Origin: Pelomyxa schiedti
Taxonomy: Eukaryota > Protista > Evosea
Assembly: GCA_020536535.1 (NCBI GenBank)
Contig: JAHLWZ010000955.1
Coordinates: 1 to 38,708, forward strand
Direction of reading: 5' to 3'
Length of the DNA stretch: 38,708 nt
In this document: piece after piece, positions 1 to 10,234 of the stretch
Layout of the letters: each line of letters opens with the position of its first letter
Position numbering within the stretch: position 1 is the first letter of the stretch
Position numbers and translations under genes: made by a program
Notes under the pieces: generated by a model
What the model was told of the DNA's origin: nothing
Database searches by the model: none
What the model saw: the letters and a program-made list of their open reading frames with translations, nothing else

Positions 1-116
1 TTTGTTTGTTTGTTTGTTTGTTTGTTTGTTTTTTTTTTTTTTTTTTTGTTTGTTTGTTTGTTTGTTTGTTTGTTTGTTTGTTTGTTTGTTTGTTTGTTTG
101 TTTGTTTGTTTGTTTG
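1..116. repeat. (TTTG)n microsatellite with an internal poly-T run, most likely intronic in the LRR gene
   Basis: Directly visible tandem TTTG units from base 1 to 116, followed by an AG acceptor at 151-152. Confidence 0.95.
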
Positions 117-152
117 CCCCCATCACCTTGTGGTTGTGCGACTCAAAATAAG

Positions 153-2201
153 GGACCTTGAAGAGACTGACATGGTTGGCACTATTCCTACTACGGTGGG
201 CTACTTGCAGAATGCTTCATACATGTAGTTTCGTTGTGCAATTATCCCTCGTTTACCTTCCTATTTCAGATATTTGAACACCAACAAGTTGACTTCAACC
301 ATACCCTCCGAACTTGGGAACTCGTTCAGCCTCACCCACTTGTACCTTCCCCACTCCCTATTAAACATATTCTGGGAGCATGGTGATTAAGCATCAGTGT
401 GGTAGGGGACTGTCTAATAATCTTCTGAGTGGTACAATACCCAGTGTACTAGGCAATCTGATCCACCTCTCAGAATTGTACAACTCCCTTATTTTTTTTT
501 TTACTCCTCTCAAGCAACCAAAAGGAGCCTAAATTCAAATATCTTGTCAGGAACTATCCCCTCCTCCCTGAGTAAACTTACATTTGTACAAACCTTGTAA
601 GCATCTCATCCAATATCTCTCCATTTATTGATTCGTTATCCAAGCGCTTTAGATTCAAACAAGCTACAAGGCACATTGCCTGAAATGCCGGATTCTAATT
701 GGCTCATTTCTTAGTAGTTATTACTTCGTGGTTTTTTTTTTCTGACAAGAAAATTAGTGAGGTTGCAAACAACCAACTAACAGGTCCTTTGCCCAATTTT
801 TTATCCAGCCTGACATACCTGGTGTCTGTGTGTGTATTCTGTTTAATTATTCAGGGACTAAGTTCTTTTAAGCGCTGTGCAGTATAACAATTTAACTGGG
901 ACCTTCCCACAAGAGTTGTGCCAATCCTTGAGGCTTCAGGCTTTGTACTTCCCCTACACAAGCTTTTTTTATTTGCTTATTTTTTCCTTAAAAAAGAGTC
1001 CTATCCAGTAATTCATTTTATGGCTCAATACCCGAATGCATTGGCGCAATGGCCAATCTGAGAACTTTGTTTGTGACCCTACTACCTTGATAAATCTAAC
1101 CTGTTAACAGGACCCTCAGCACAAATTATTTTGATGGTTCACTTCCTAGCACTAGCTGGCTCTACCACACTTCGATACTTGTCTGCTTTGCCTTCTTTTT
1201 TCTCCAAACCCTTATTGCCCTTAATTTCAAGGTATCTTGATCACAACAACTTAGTCGGTAGTATTCCAGATTCATTTGGAAATTTTCCAGCTGTTGAGCA
1301 AATGTATTCACTCTGTAAATCGCTCTTCTAAATAGGAACTTTACTTATCACATAGAAATCTGAGTAACAACCAACTCAGTGGCACAATACCATCCCAGTT
1401 AGCGGCGTTACCTCATATCTACGTCCTGTAAACGTCTTCCGATTTGCAATTTATTGACCCTGACGTTAAGAGATTTATCAGAAAATGATTTGTCTGGGTC
1501 TCTTCCAACCGAATTGATGGCCCTGTCATTACTTTCCGAGCTGTGTGTTGCTTTTGGTAGCCTATGAGTCAACTTATGAAATCCCACAGCTATCTTAATG
1601 GAAACCAACTTTCTGGGGAGCTCCCCGTTGATTTGCCTTACCGGGCGGTGTATTTGTATTCCTCTCATCCCGCCATTTCCACTAATAAACTTGCATAGAG
1701 ATCTCTCAGAGAACCTGTTTACTGGCTCTCTCCCAGCATCTTTATCAACTTGCAGTACCCTACTTGAACTGTAATGTCGGTTAGAATTCCGAGTTACCTC
1801 ATTTTCAACGCAGGGATCTGCATGGCAATGAGTTTACCGGCACTATTCCCTCTATCACTACACTTTATCTCGCAACATTGTACGTCTCCAATAATAACCC
1901 TTCTATCGAAACTGATCAGTGGAAAGAGACCTCAGTGATAACTACTTTGTGGGCCCACACCCTAACATAACTACTTTCAGTTCCTACTTCGACTGGTGTG
2001 TGTCTCAGTCGGGTATTCAAAATCAAGATTCTCACGTTTCTTTGCAGCAACCTTGCTAATAATTGCATTGACTGTGATGAAAACAACACCTGCAACTGCT
2101 GTGCTCAACGGAGTGACTGCACCTCATCCTCTCTTGCCCTTCCCCTCCTTCCCTCTCTTTGGCTCACTTTCGTTTTTACATTCCTCATTTCCAGAATGTG
2201 A
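153..2201 (+). CDS. Extracellular plant-type leucine-rich repeat protein, probably GPI-anchored (5' part lies outside the window)
   Basis: 16 LRR exons (153-224, 270-341, 406-477, 525-596, 645-713, 758-829, 873-944, 997-1068, 1111-1180, 1232-1303, 1356-1427, 1471-1542, 1590-1649, 1699-1770, 1814-1879, 1927-1995), each encoding LxxNxLxGxIPxxLxxLxxL. The last exon, 2048-2201, has a Cys-rich cap (NCIDCDENNTCNCC) and a hydrophobic tail ending at TGA. All introns are GT-AG. Confidence 0.92.
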
Positions 2202-2318
2202 GTGACACTAAACCCCACAACCTCCTTGTAACACAATACAATCCATCCCCAAGACGGGAGGAACACCCTATTCATCACCATTCTTTATTCTTCTTTTCAC
2301 AATTGTTACAAAAGGGTG

Positions 2319-5300
2319 TCACACAAGAAGCTCCTTAGATATCACAGTGGGAGGGGGTTTGAGGCCAGCAGTCCATGAGGACAGAGCCCCTAAAGCGGCG
2401 CTAGCCCACGACTCCACAGAATCGTCGTGGGTGTTGACAACTGGTGGAACAACGTCGGGTATTTGTGGGTATGCAGAGGGTGTTGTCGACGAGGTGGAAT
2501 TCCATTTGGATACTTCTTGGGAGGTGCTCTGAATTTCACGCTCTAGGTTGTGCTGGGCCTTGTTGAGGGCTCTCTCGATGGCTCGTTGTTGATGTTGCAG
2601 GTCCTTTTCCATCTGCCTCTGGTAGTTCTCAAATTCTTTTTGCCGGGACGCGAATTCCGCGTTCCACGATTCCAGTGGCGCGGTATCGACGGTTTCCCAA
2701 TTGCTTGTATCTTCTACCTGCATTTTGTGTGCTCTGGGCGGTAGTCTTGGGGCTTGTTTATTTGGGTGGCTTGTGAGATATAGAGAAGATTTGGTTAGGA
2801 ATGTACCTTCTGGCGTTATAAACAGGCGTTTTTGTTGGTATGCTATTTCGGCTGCTTCTTCGGCACTTTTTGCTTCCTTGAATGCTTTTGCTCTGGTGGC
2901 GTGTTTAGAGGAACCAACATGCTTCTGCCAAAGGGTTTCAGGAATTTCAGTATGGCAAGGTTCACACATCAACTGTGAGATAGAATTGGAATGCAACAAA
3001 AAAAGAATTGTAATAGATACTTTCTTCTCGCGCTTGGCAGTAACTCGCTTGTCAAGTGCTTGTGGGCGTTGTGGTAAAAGACGTCGTGAAGTGGAAACAA
3101 CTCCATTTGTGCCAAAAAGCATCTCTCTCTCCCTGGATGGAGTGTTTACTACTAAAAATGGAATGATGTTATCAAACCAGTTTGCTCTTCTATCGCGAAG
3201 TACTAAGCGAACATGCATCAAAATCCAGCCAATAAGAAAGAAAACTGGTGAAACACACAAATGAATTGCAATGAGGATGTTATTTGTCGGGTCATCAATA
3301 ACAGTTACGGCAATGGCAAAGGCATTGGTCCAGAAGACTACACAGAATAATCCCACCCTTATCTGATTTATTCTGCAAGTGGGTTAGAAAAAGCAAAAGA
3401 ATATTGGGATAAACGTTTTATTCCAGTAAGGAGGGTAAACGAGTAAACTAATTGCACTAAATCCCGACATGACAGTTAGGCATGCAGCGAGAGGAATCAA
3501 AAGCTTAGTTTGTCCCTCAAGCATAACAGTTATGGCGGTACTGAGAAAGCTAATGACAAGTAGGGGTCTGTTAAATTTTTGACTCTGACGTGAAAAAACC
3601 TAGTCAAGAATAAGGCGGATTACGTTAAGCTGTGCAGTGATGTGTACATTTGTGTACGTCACATCCGGCTTATCTTGCGACCAGTCTTTCCATAAATATA
3701 CAGCAACACGGTCCAGACCGCCGTCAACATATGACATACGAAGGGCTGACAAAAAATATGGTAGAATCGTAAGACAGGATAGTGCAAATAATGCACTGTG
3801 AATTGATCCCCAACAATCCATGTCAGGGTAGCCTGTAACTCCATCACTGCCATTATTATCCTCCATGTTATCAGAGTAGCAATGAAATACTTCGATAAGA
3901 CTTCGGCAAGCAGGGATAAAGCAAACTGGAATAAATTAGTGGAGACTTCACATTTTCGGGAGAACTTGTTGACATCAGCCAGCATATCATTTTATAGAAG
4001 GGCCAAACATTGTGAATTTTTGAATCCTCTGGAGCACCCACTATTTTGTAGGAACTCAGTAGAAGAAATACAAAAAGCCATGCAAAGCCTGCCGATAACC
4101 CATATTGAGCATAGTATTGTGTTGTATCAGAGAAGGGTAAGAAGTCCCAATTAAACTGATGAGAGTTGTTAAAGAATGAATTCAAAAAGGAAGGAAACCT
4201 GAAAGGGGCTCAAAATTTTTCTAGCAGGGTGCTTTGTAGGCCACGGAATACCGCAACTGAAAGAGAAAGCAGCCAGTTGCAAGAATTCCACAATCAATAC
4301 AACAAGACCAACGAAAAAGTCAAACCATGGGGATAACTCATGGTAAAGCCTTGTTGTAGTGCCACCATAAACCTGAAAACGGTGAGTTCGAGCTTAAATT
4401 TGTAGAATTACTCTTAGTAGTTTTCCGTCTTTGAGACGCCATCGTCGAACAGTTCTATCTCTACCACCAGAAAAAACGGAAACGTCGTCCACTGTCATTC
4501 TTCAAACACAGTGAACCAATTGAGAAGAAAGGAGGAGAAACCTGTTTATGTGATCAGTGTGGCCATCATACGCCCACAGTTGCTTTCCAGAATCAGCTTC
4601 ATAGCATCTAACAACCTACAAAACAAGTTGTAAATAAGTTTGAGGATGTACAACTACCTTATCCTTTCCAGCACTAGCAATATAATTATCAACAGCAGCA
4701 CAAGCTCGGACAGTGCTGAGGGAGCTCCTATACACTCGCACTAAAGAGCCAGTATCAACAGCATACCTCCCTACAGTTTTATCTCGAGATCCTGTACTCA
4801 TCTTCTGAATAAAGAAAGCCACATGTAAGAAGAGTTTACCAGTGTAGACAGAGGAACCAAAGGTTGTCATCATGTTAATTGCATTATCATGGGGAGGTAA
4901 CGTATATAAAGCTGTGAGTCTCAAACCATCCCAGACTCGTAAGTTTCCTGAGGCATCCCCAGAAACAACGAAGGATTGACCTGCCTTGTACACTGAAACT
5001 ACAGCGTTGATAGGGCTCATATGGCCATACAAGGTGCAAATAGGCTCTGTTTTTCCAAAGTGCCAAACCTACATAGGGGTGACTAAAGATAGGCCTTCCT
5101 ACAAACAAAAGACCATAAGAGCACCGTCAGCTGATCCTGACCATATGGTGTCTGACAATTCGACAGCAGTGAGGCAATTGATATAGTCAGAGGCCCCTTT
5201 GTGGGTTACAGGAGACTGTGAAGAGAGAAGAGGCCATTCATAGACATCTTTTCCTGCCCCACTGATAACGCAAAACTCTGTCAATATTTAGCTTTGAAAG

Positions 5301-8300
5301 GTTTTTTGGCCAAAATTCGGTATACCGCAAAGCTTCATACAGTTAACAATGTCCTCGTGAGGAAAGTCTTGAATAAATTGACCAGTTCGTGTATCCCAAA
5401 CTTTGACTGTCTGCATTTTCGTAAATAACTATTTTCTGCTTGTTCTCTTACTTTATCAATACTTGCGGAATACAGTCTTGCTTTCGTTGCAGCAAGTTGG
5501 GTGACCTAAAGTTTGAAATTTGAGCCTAACTTATGGTTAAAAAAAAAATATACCTGATCTTTGTGTCCAGAAAAGAGCCTAGAACAAACCCCGGAATCGA
5601 TATACCACTGCCTAATGACTGTATCCCTTCCCGCGGAATATAGAAATGGCTCACAAACACAAATTGCCCAAATCTTAAATTTGAGTTAAAAAATGTTGTG
5701 CTTTTTCCAAGGAAGAGGTTCACCGTATCTGTATGCTGTACAGGAGTGACGTCAATTTTCATAAGTGGGAAGCAGCAGCAACAACATAATCTCGCAGTCT
5801 TGCGTTTCTACACAAGGATTAGTCTGGTAAGGAAGGAGACAGGTACTTGAGATTCACGAGATGCCCTCAGAGGACTCAATACGTCAGTTGGGATAGAGTT
5901 TGAACTCATGCTTATCTCATAGAACCAGGCATTGTGAAGTTGTGCAAAGGCGGTTGCCTCTTCCTTCGAAACTTCACGTTTGCCCTCTTGGTCGGCATTG
6001 CTTCCAATAAAAATTAAAAGCGGTTGCTGACCTGCAGTATTTAGTTGATCAAATTGTTGGTTGTTCAATCTGTGCCTTTCTTTGGAAGATTTTTATATAA
6101 GGTAAGCATATAGTCAGGAAGGATAGCGAAAGATCTTCGAGATACAATACTGAAAACAACAAAAATAGCGTCTATGTGTGATAAAAGCTTGGCTGCATTT
6201 TCATCTAACTAAAATTGTGATTAAGTGTGCTGGAAATTGGATGGTGTACAAAATCTTTGCCACCAGGGGTATCTGTGATCCTACCCCCATTGGATGTCAT
6301 GAAAGTTTGAGCTGAGAGAAAGATGAACATCAAGTAAGAGCTTACTATAAAACACGAACCTTGCAAGGTTTTTGTATAATCATTTGTAAATCCCTTTTGC
6401 TGATATAGATTCACAAAGCAGCTTAGGTCTTATGGTCAGAAAAGAGGAGGGTGAGGAAAGGCTAACGTTTTTCCAACTCCACATGGGCCAATAACCAGAA
6501 CATTATCAGATAACTTGATGGATATCAGAGAATAATTTCCTAGGGCCAACCTTTTTGTATTCATCTCCTCGTGGAACCAATCTCACAAAACCGCCTGCGT
6601 AAGAATTTGGATTTTTCTTTTGTATCTAAATCGAAATCAGATAAATTTTAAAACGTCAATAAGCATAGTATACTTTTATCTGGACTTGACCACGTTGTTG
6701 CTTGAGTACCAACTCTGCTACAGCAAGAAACATTTCTTCTACGTTGAGGGCCGTCTTAGCTGAGGTCTTTTTAAAATCACGATTAAAAATGAGGGGAGTA
6801 ATGAAAAGTTAACCTCAAAAAACGGTAGTTTTTGAGACCGGGCAGAATCGGATCCCTCTTGAGTTGCTACCTTTCTTTGAGTAAATCTAAGGTGAAAGGA
6901 GAGGGCAAACTTTGCGGGAGCTCTCCAAGTCACATTTATTTCCAACAATGACACCAGGAACCCAATCTAAATAACGTCATGCTTTGTGAGGCCATAATAT
7001 TTTACCTGAGTCCTTAACTCTCTTGACTTGCTCCAAGAAGTTAGAAAGCTCATCATATGAATTTCTTGATGTCACATCGTAGACAAAGATAAAACCTTGG
7101 CCGGTTCTCATATACTGGTCTCTCATCGCTGACTTTAAGTAACAGTTACGGAAGTATTAATGTTCCGGAATCATACATATTCCTAGTATAAAAAAGATGG
7201 AGAGGGAAGCTTGTGAGATTTGGGGCAAAAAGAGAAGAGTACTTCTTGTCCAGCAGTATCTATTGTGAATAGGTTAAAGTTGAGCAGGGGGAATAAATCA
7301 TACCAAGGATATCTAAGGTTATGGTTTGCCCGTTAAGTGAAATCTGTTTTCTCTTTGAAGTTTAAGAGACCAATTTGACACTGATGGTATTACTTACATA
7401 AGAGTCCTCTTAGGGTGAATTAATTGAAGAGTTTGTTTCTTTATCAATTTTGAGAGAGGGAAGGAAACAAACCGATTGTTGGATCATACCTTTAAGAGTA
7501 AGTGCGACAGGAAATGATTTTGAATAACATACTCATTGATGAAGTGCTTTTGTATAAATTGAATTGTCAGTGCTCTTTTTTTTTTTTTTTTTTTTTTTGA
7601 AAAAGGAAATTAGAAAGAGAGAGTGGCAGCAGATGAATACGATTTTCCCACGCCTCCTCCACCAACAATGACAAGTTTAACTTCGGTTTGTGCACCACTC
7701 GTGTAATATGAGTTTACTTGTTGCGATGGCTGATCAGAGTCACAGCAGCAACAACAACAACAGCAACAACAACAGCCATTACTGTCTTTATGTGTAGCTA
7801 CTTTCTTTGGCACTTATTAAACATAATGGAGACAAGAAAGAAAATAACTGGAACATAGCCAGTGTGTAGCATCAACAAGGCTTTTCCAATATCAACTAGG
7901 CACTCACTGACACCCTTTTCTGAGAAAGTGGAAATTTCTCGGAATGGAAGATTTTTACGAGCAGCAAGTAATTGGAAATCAAAAGGACTAATCTGTTTCC
8001 TTTTAAGAGATCACCCTAAAAGTTACACATACCATGCGCTCAGACTCATCCAAGTCCGATTTTGTTCCCACAAGGTAACGCACATATTTGCCTGTAATAT
8101 TGATGTGTTACAAATTGTTGTTGGAAAAACTTCACAACCTCCTTGTATATAATCCACATGCTCAACAATGGAACATATTTCATCCAAGTCATCAGAATTA
8201 TCAAGAGCGGCAACAAAAATTACAGCATCAGCATTGCAGAGGACTTCATCCTGCTTTCGTGTCTTGTTTGCATTATTACCAGGAAGAAGGGAACTAGAGT

Positions 8301-8578
8301 GTACTTGGTGAGGACTACAATCACAAAAATCAAAATTCACTGTTCTGCCATCAATTTCAGTAGTAGCAGTCTAATGTAAAAGTTAAGTGAAGTGGTGGAG
8401 GAAAAAAAACCATACGTAGTGACCTGTACCTGGAAAGAGTTTGAGCCACGAATAAAAAGGGAGGAAAAAAAACTCTACCACGGGAGTACAACTGTGGGAG
8501 GTCTTTGTGCATAAAATAATAACAAAGTGTTGATTTGCCACAGCCACTTGGACCAATAACTGCCACAGTGCACTCCAT
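2319..8578 (-). CDS. Multidomain protein: 3 Ras-like GTPase domains + 8 WD40 repeats + ~8 TM helices + C2H2 zinc finger (~38 introns)
   Basis: Manual splicing gives a continuous frame from ATG 8578 ([16 protein letters not shown]) to TGA 2319 (KELLV*). Inter-domain junctions are in frame: QVQIK|IQKKNP...YKK|[16 protein letters not shown]; RESQ|[27 protein letters not shown]|IWAICV; GKLLR|VYGG...[14 protein letters not shown]. Confidence 0.8.
2901..2966 (-). other. Matrin/U1-type C2H2 zinc finger of the multidomain gene
   Basis: [22 protein letters not shown] = C-x2-C-x11-H-x5-H. Confidence 0.7.
3200..4330 (-). other. Multi-pass membrane domain (~8 TM) of the multidomain gene, resembling the N-terminal TM region of protist TmcB/TmcC-like proteins
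   Basis: Eight hydrophobic segments; motifs [32 protein letters not shown] and [15 protein letters not shown]. The family resemblance is from memory. Confidence 0.65.
4412..5740 (-). other. WD40 beta-propeller (8 repeats) of the multidomain gene
   Basis: Repeats include [62 protein letters not shown] and [21 protein letters not shown]. Confidence 0.92.
5847..6512 (-). other. Degenerate Ras-like domain 3 of the multidomain gene
   Basis: G1 GPCGVGKT; G2-like YTKT; G3 DTPG; G4 degenerate SNAD; then [18 protein letters not shown]. Confidence 0.8.
6674..7690 (-). other. Canonical Ras domain 2 of the multidomain gene
   Basis: Spliced sequence [71 protein letters not shown] matches the Ras subfamily consensus, including the effector loop. 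Confidence 0.95.
7742..7774 (-). repeat. Coding (TGY)11 repeat: poly-cysteine linker between Ras domains 1 and 2
   Basis: Mixed TGT/TGC codons in frame with the downstream [13 protein letters not shown]. Confidence 0.8.
7860..8578 (-). other. Degenerate Ras-like domain 1 of the multidomain gene
   Basis: G1 GPSGCGKS; G3 degenerate (DCSP instead of DxxG); G4 TKSD; G5-like EIST. Confidence 0.75.
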
Positions 8579-8787
8579 TTATGATTTATCACTACAACAG
8601 ACGAACCGTCGTAATCCGCAACAATTTTTTTTTTTTGTTTTTGCTGTTATTTTGCTGCAGGTGCGGTTTTTAATGTCGTTGTTCAAAGAATCGTTCTTCA
8701 AACTGATTGGTGCCGGTTTTCAAGTTTCTAAGAAACAGTCAATGAACGCCATCGGATTGGCGAACTTGGCAATGGGTGACCATCAAA

Positions 8788-9921
8788 TTACAGAAGAAAT
8801 CCCAAAGTGAGAAGTGAGAGTGGCGCCGGGGTTGTGGTCTGAATTGCACAGTACGAACAGATCTGTGGACCAGTTGGGGACATGCACGAAACACAAGAAG
8901 CACTGCCACATTCTGGGCATGTGTGGACAGGCCGTGGTGGCTTGGGTGCTGTTGGGGTTGGTGATGAAACTGGTGAGGGCCTTTCCAGGGGTGGAAGAGG
9001 CTGTTCATCCTTACGAAGCCACTTTTTGCAGTAGGAACACGCCTGGCCCTTGAGGGATGCAGCACGCCATTGGTCATATTTGAGCTGCCGCAGAGCTGCG
9101 TACCAGGTAGATTCGGCATCTTCGGGAAGAGCTACTAGAACAGTCAGGAGTTGCTGTGGAAGTGTGATTCCGAGACTGTTGGGTTTGATGTGTTTGTTGA
9201 GGCTGAAGACAGAGAGGCGTGGGTCCGAAGGGAGTGCGAAGAGTCCCACAATGCTGGGTGTGGGTGGTAGCGGAGGGGTGGATTTGAAGGAGAAGAAGGA
9301 GGTGAGTGTGGGTGGATCGGCTGATTTTGGTTGAACAAAGACAATGGTATCCGGGAATAAGTACGCATTCACGGCTGGTGAGGGGGAGGAGGATGGAGGC
9401 CAAATTGGCTTCTCTCTGTGATTCTGTATTAAGTAGGTGGCCCCAGTGGATCGAGCTAATATTTGTGCCCCAATCCTTATCGCCATTGCATTACGTGATG
9501 CCAGTGATAACTTGACCCTCATTTTGGCACACCTATAAAACCAGTAATTGGAAACCCAATGTCATAGGCACATCGAACAACCACCAATACTATGTAACAT
9601 AACACCCACTATTGAAAATCGACACACACGCACCCACATGAAAAGTTCCGCAACCACAGCCGTGGTGAGGGTGGACTCGATGCCGGCCGCAAGCGCCTGG
9701 TTGCACCCGCGGGCGCCTACGCCGAGTGCACGACGCAGCTGAATCCTCATCGCGTCGCCTGCTACGTTGATGCAGCACTGCCGTAAACGCCGGCACACCA
9801 TCGGAACTGTGATCATGAAGTCCAGGGGTGCGATGTATCCCATAATGATCCCAACAATATGGTCAGGCAGAACCCCAAACCAATCAACCGCCGTTTCCGT
9901 TGTGGCAGGGGAAGACGCCAT
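8788..9921 (-). CDS. F-box + PH-like + FYVE-like zinc finger protein (one intron)
   Basis: N-terminal F-box-like segment WFGVLPDHIVGIIMGYI..VPMVCRRL. PH-like segment (AYLFPDTIVFV..ESTWYAAL). Eight-Cys finger CSYC..HTCPECGSASCVSC..ICSYC. Confidence 0.65.
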
Positions 9922-10234
9922 TTTGTGTGATGGGCTTTTTTCCGGGTTCTGATTTGGATGCCACCTACTTGATGGGAGCAACACAGTCGCAGCATGGTAC
10001 TTTCCAGTAGACACATGGTCTCAGTTTGAGAGGGCTGATGTAGCAAAAACACTGTTTTTCTGGTTATGATGGGGGTAAGGATAGAAATAGAACTTTAGAT
10101 GATTACTATGATGCGCAAGAACACCGACATCAATGGTCGCGCCGAGAACGCAACGAAATCCACGACGGCGTAGCCGAACGTCGTTCACACCACATCCAAA
10201 AGATTGTTGATTTTAGTGATTCCTTTGCTGGAGC

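Noticed and set aside
1-228. ORF 10..228 (FVCL repeats) and TTTG as a telomere or CRISPR-like repeat
   Set aside because: The FVCL peptide is the translated microsatellite, and only 153-224 is a real exon. The repeat sits in front of a mid-gene acceptor, so it is most likely intronic. There are no spacers.
2701-3264. 187-aa plus-strand ORF
   Set aside because: It is antisense to the C-terminal exons of the giant gene and has no recognisable motifs.
5526-5762. [11 protein letters not shown].. as the start of a separate WD40 gene
   Set aside because: This Met lies inside an exon continuous with [14 protein letters not shown], with no upstream stop or promoter space. The rest of the listed ORF reads through an intron into the wrong frame.
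10020-10234. GC-richer intergenic stretch as a possible snoRNA or tRNA
   Set aside because: No cloverleaf, convincing C/D boxes or stable long stem was found by eye. It is more simply UTR or promoter sequence.
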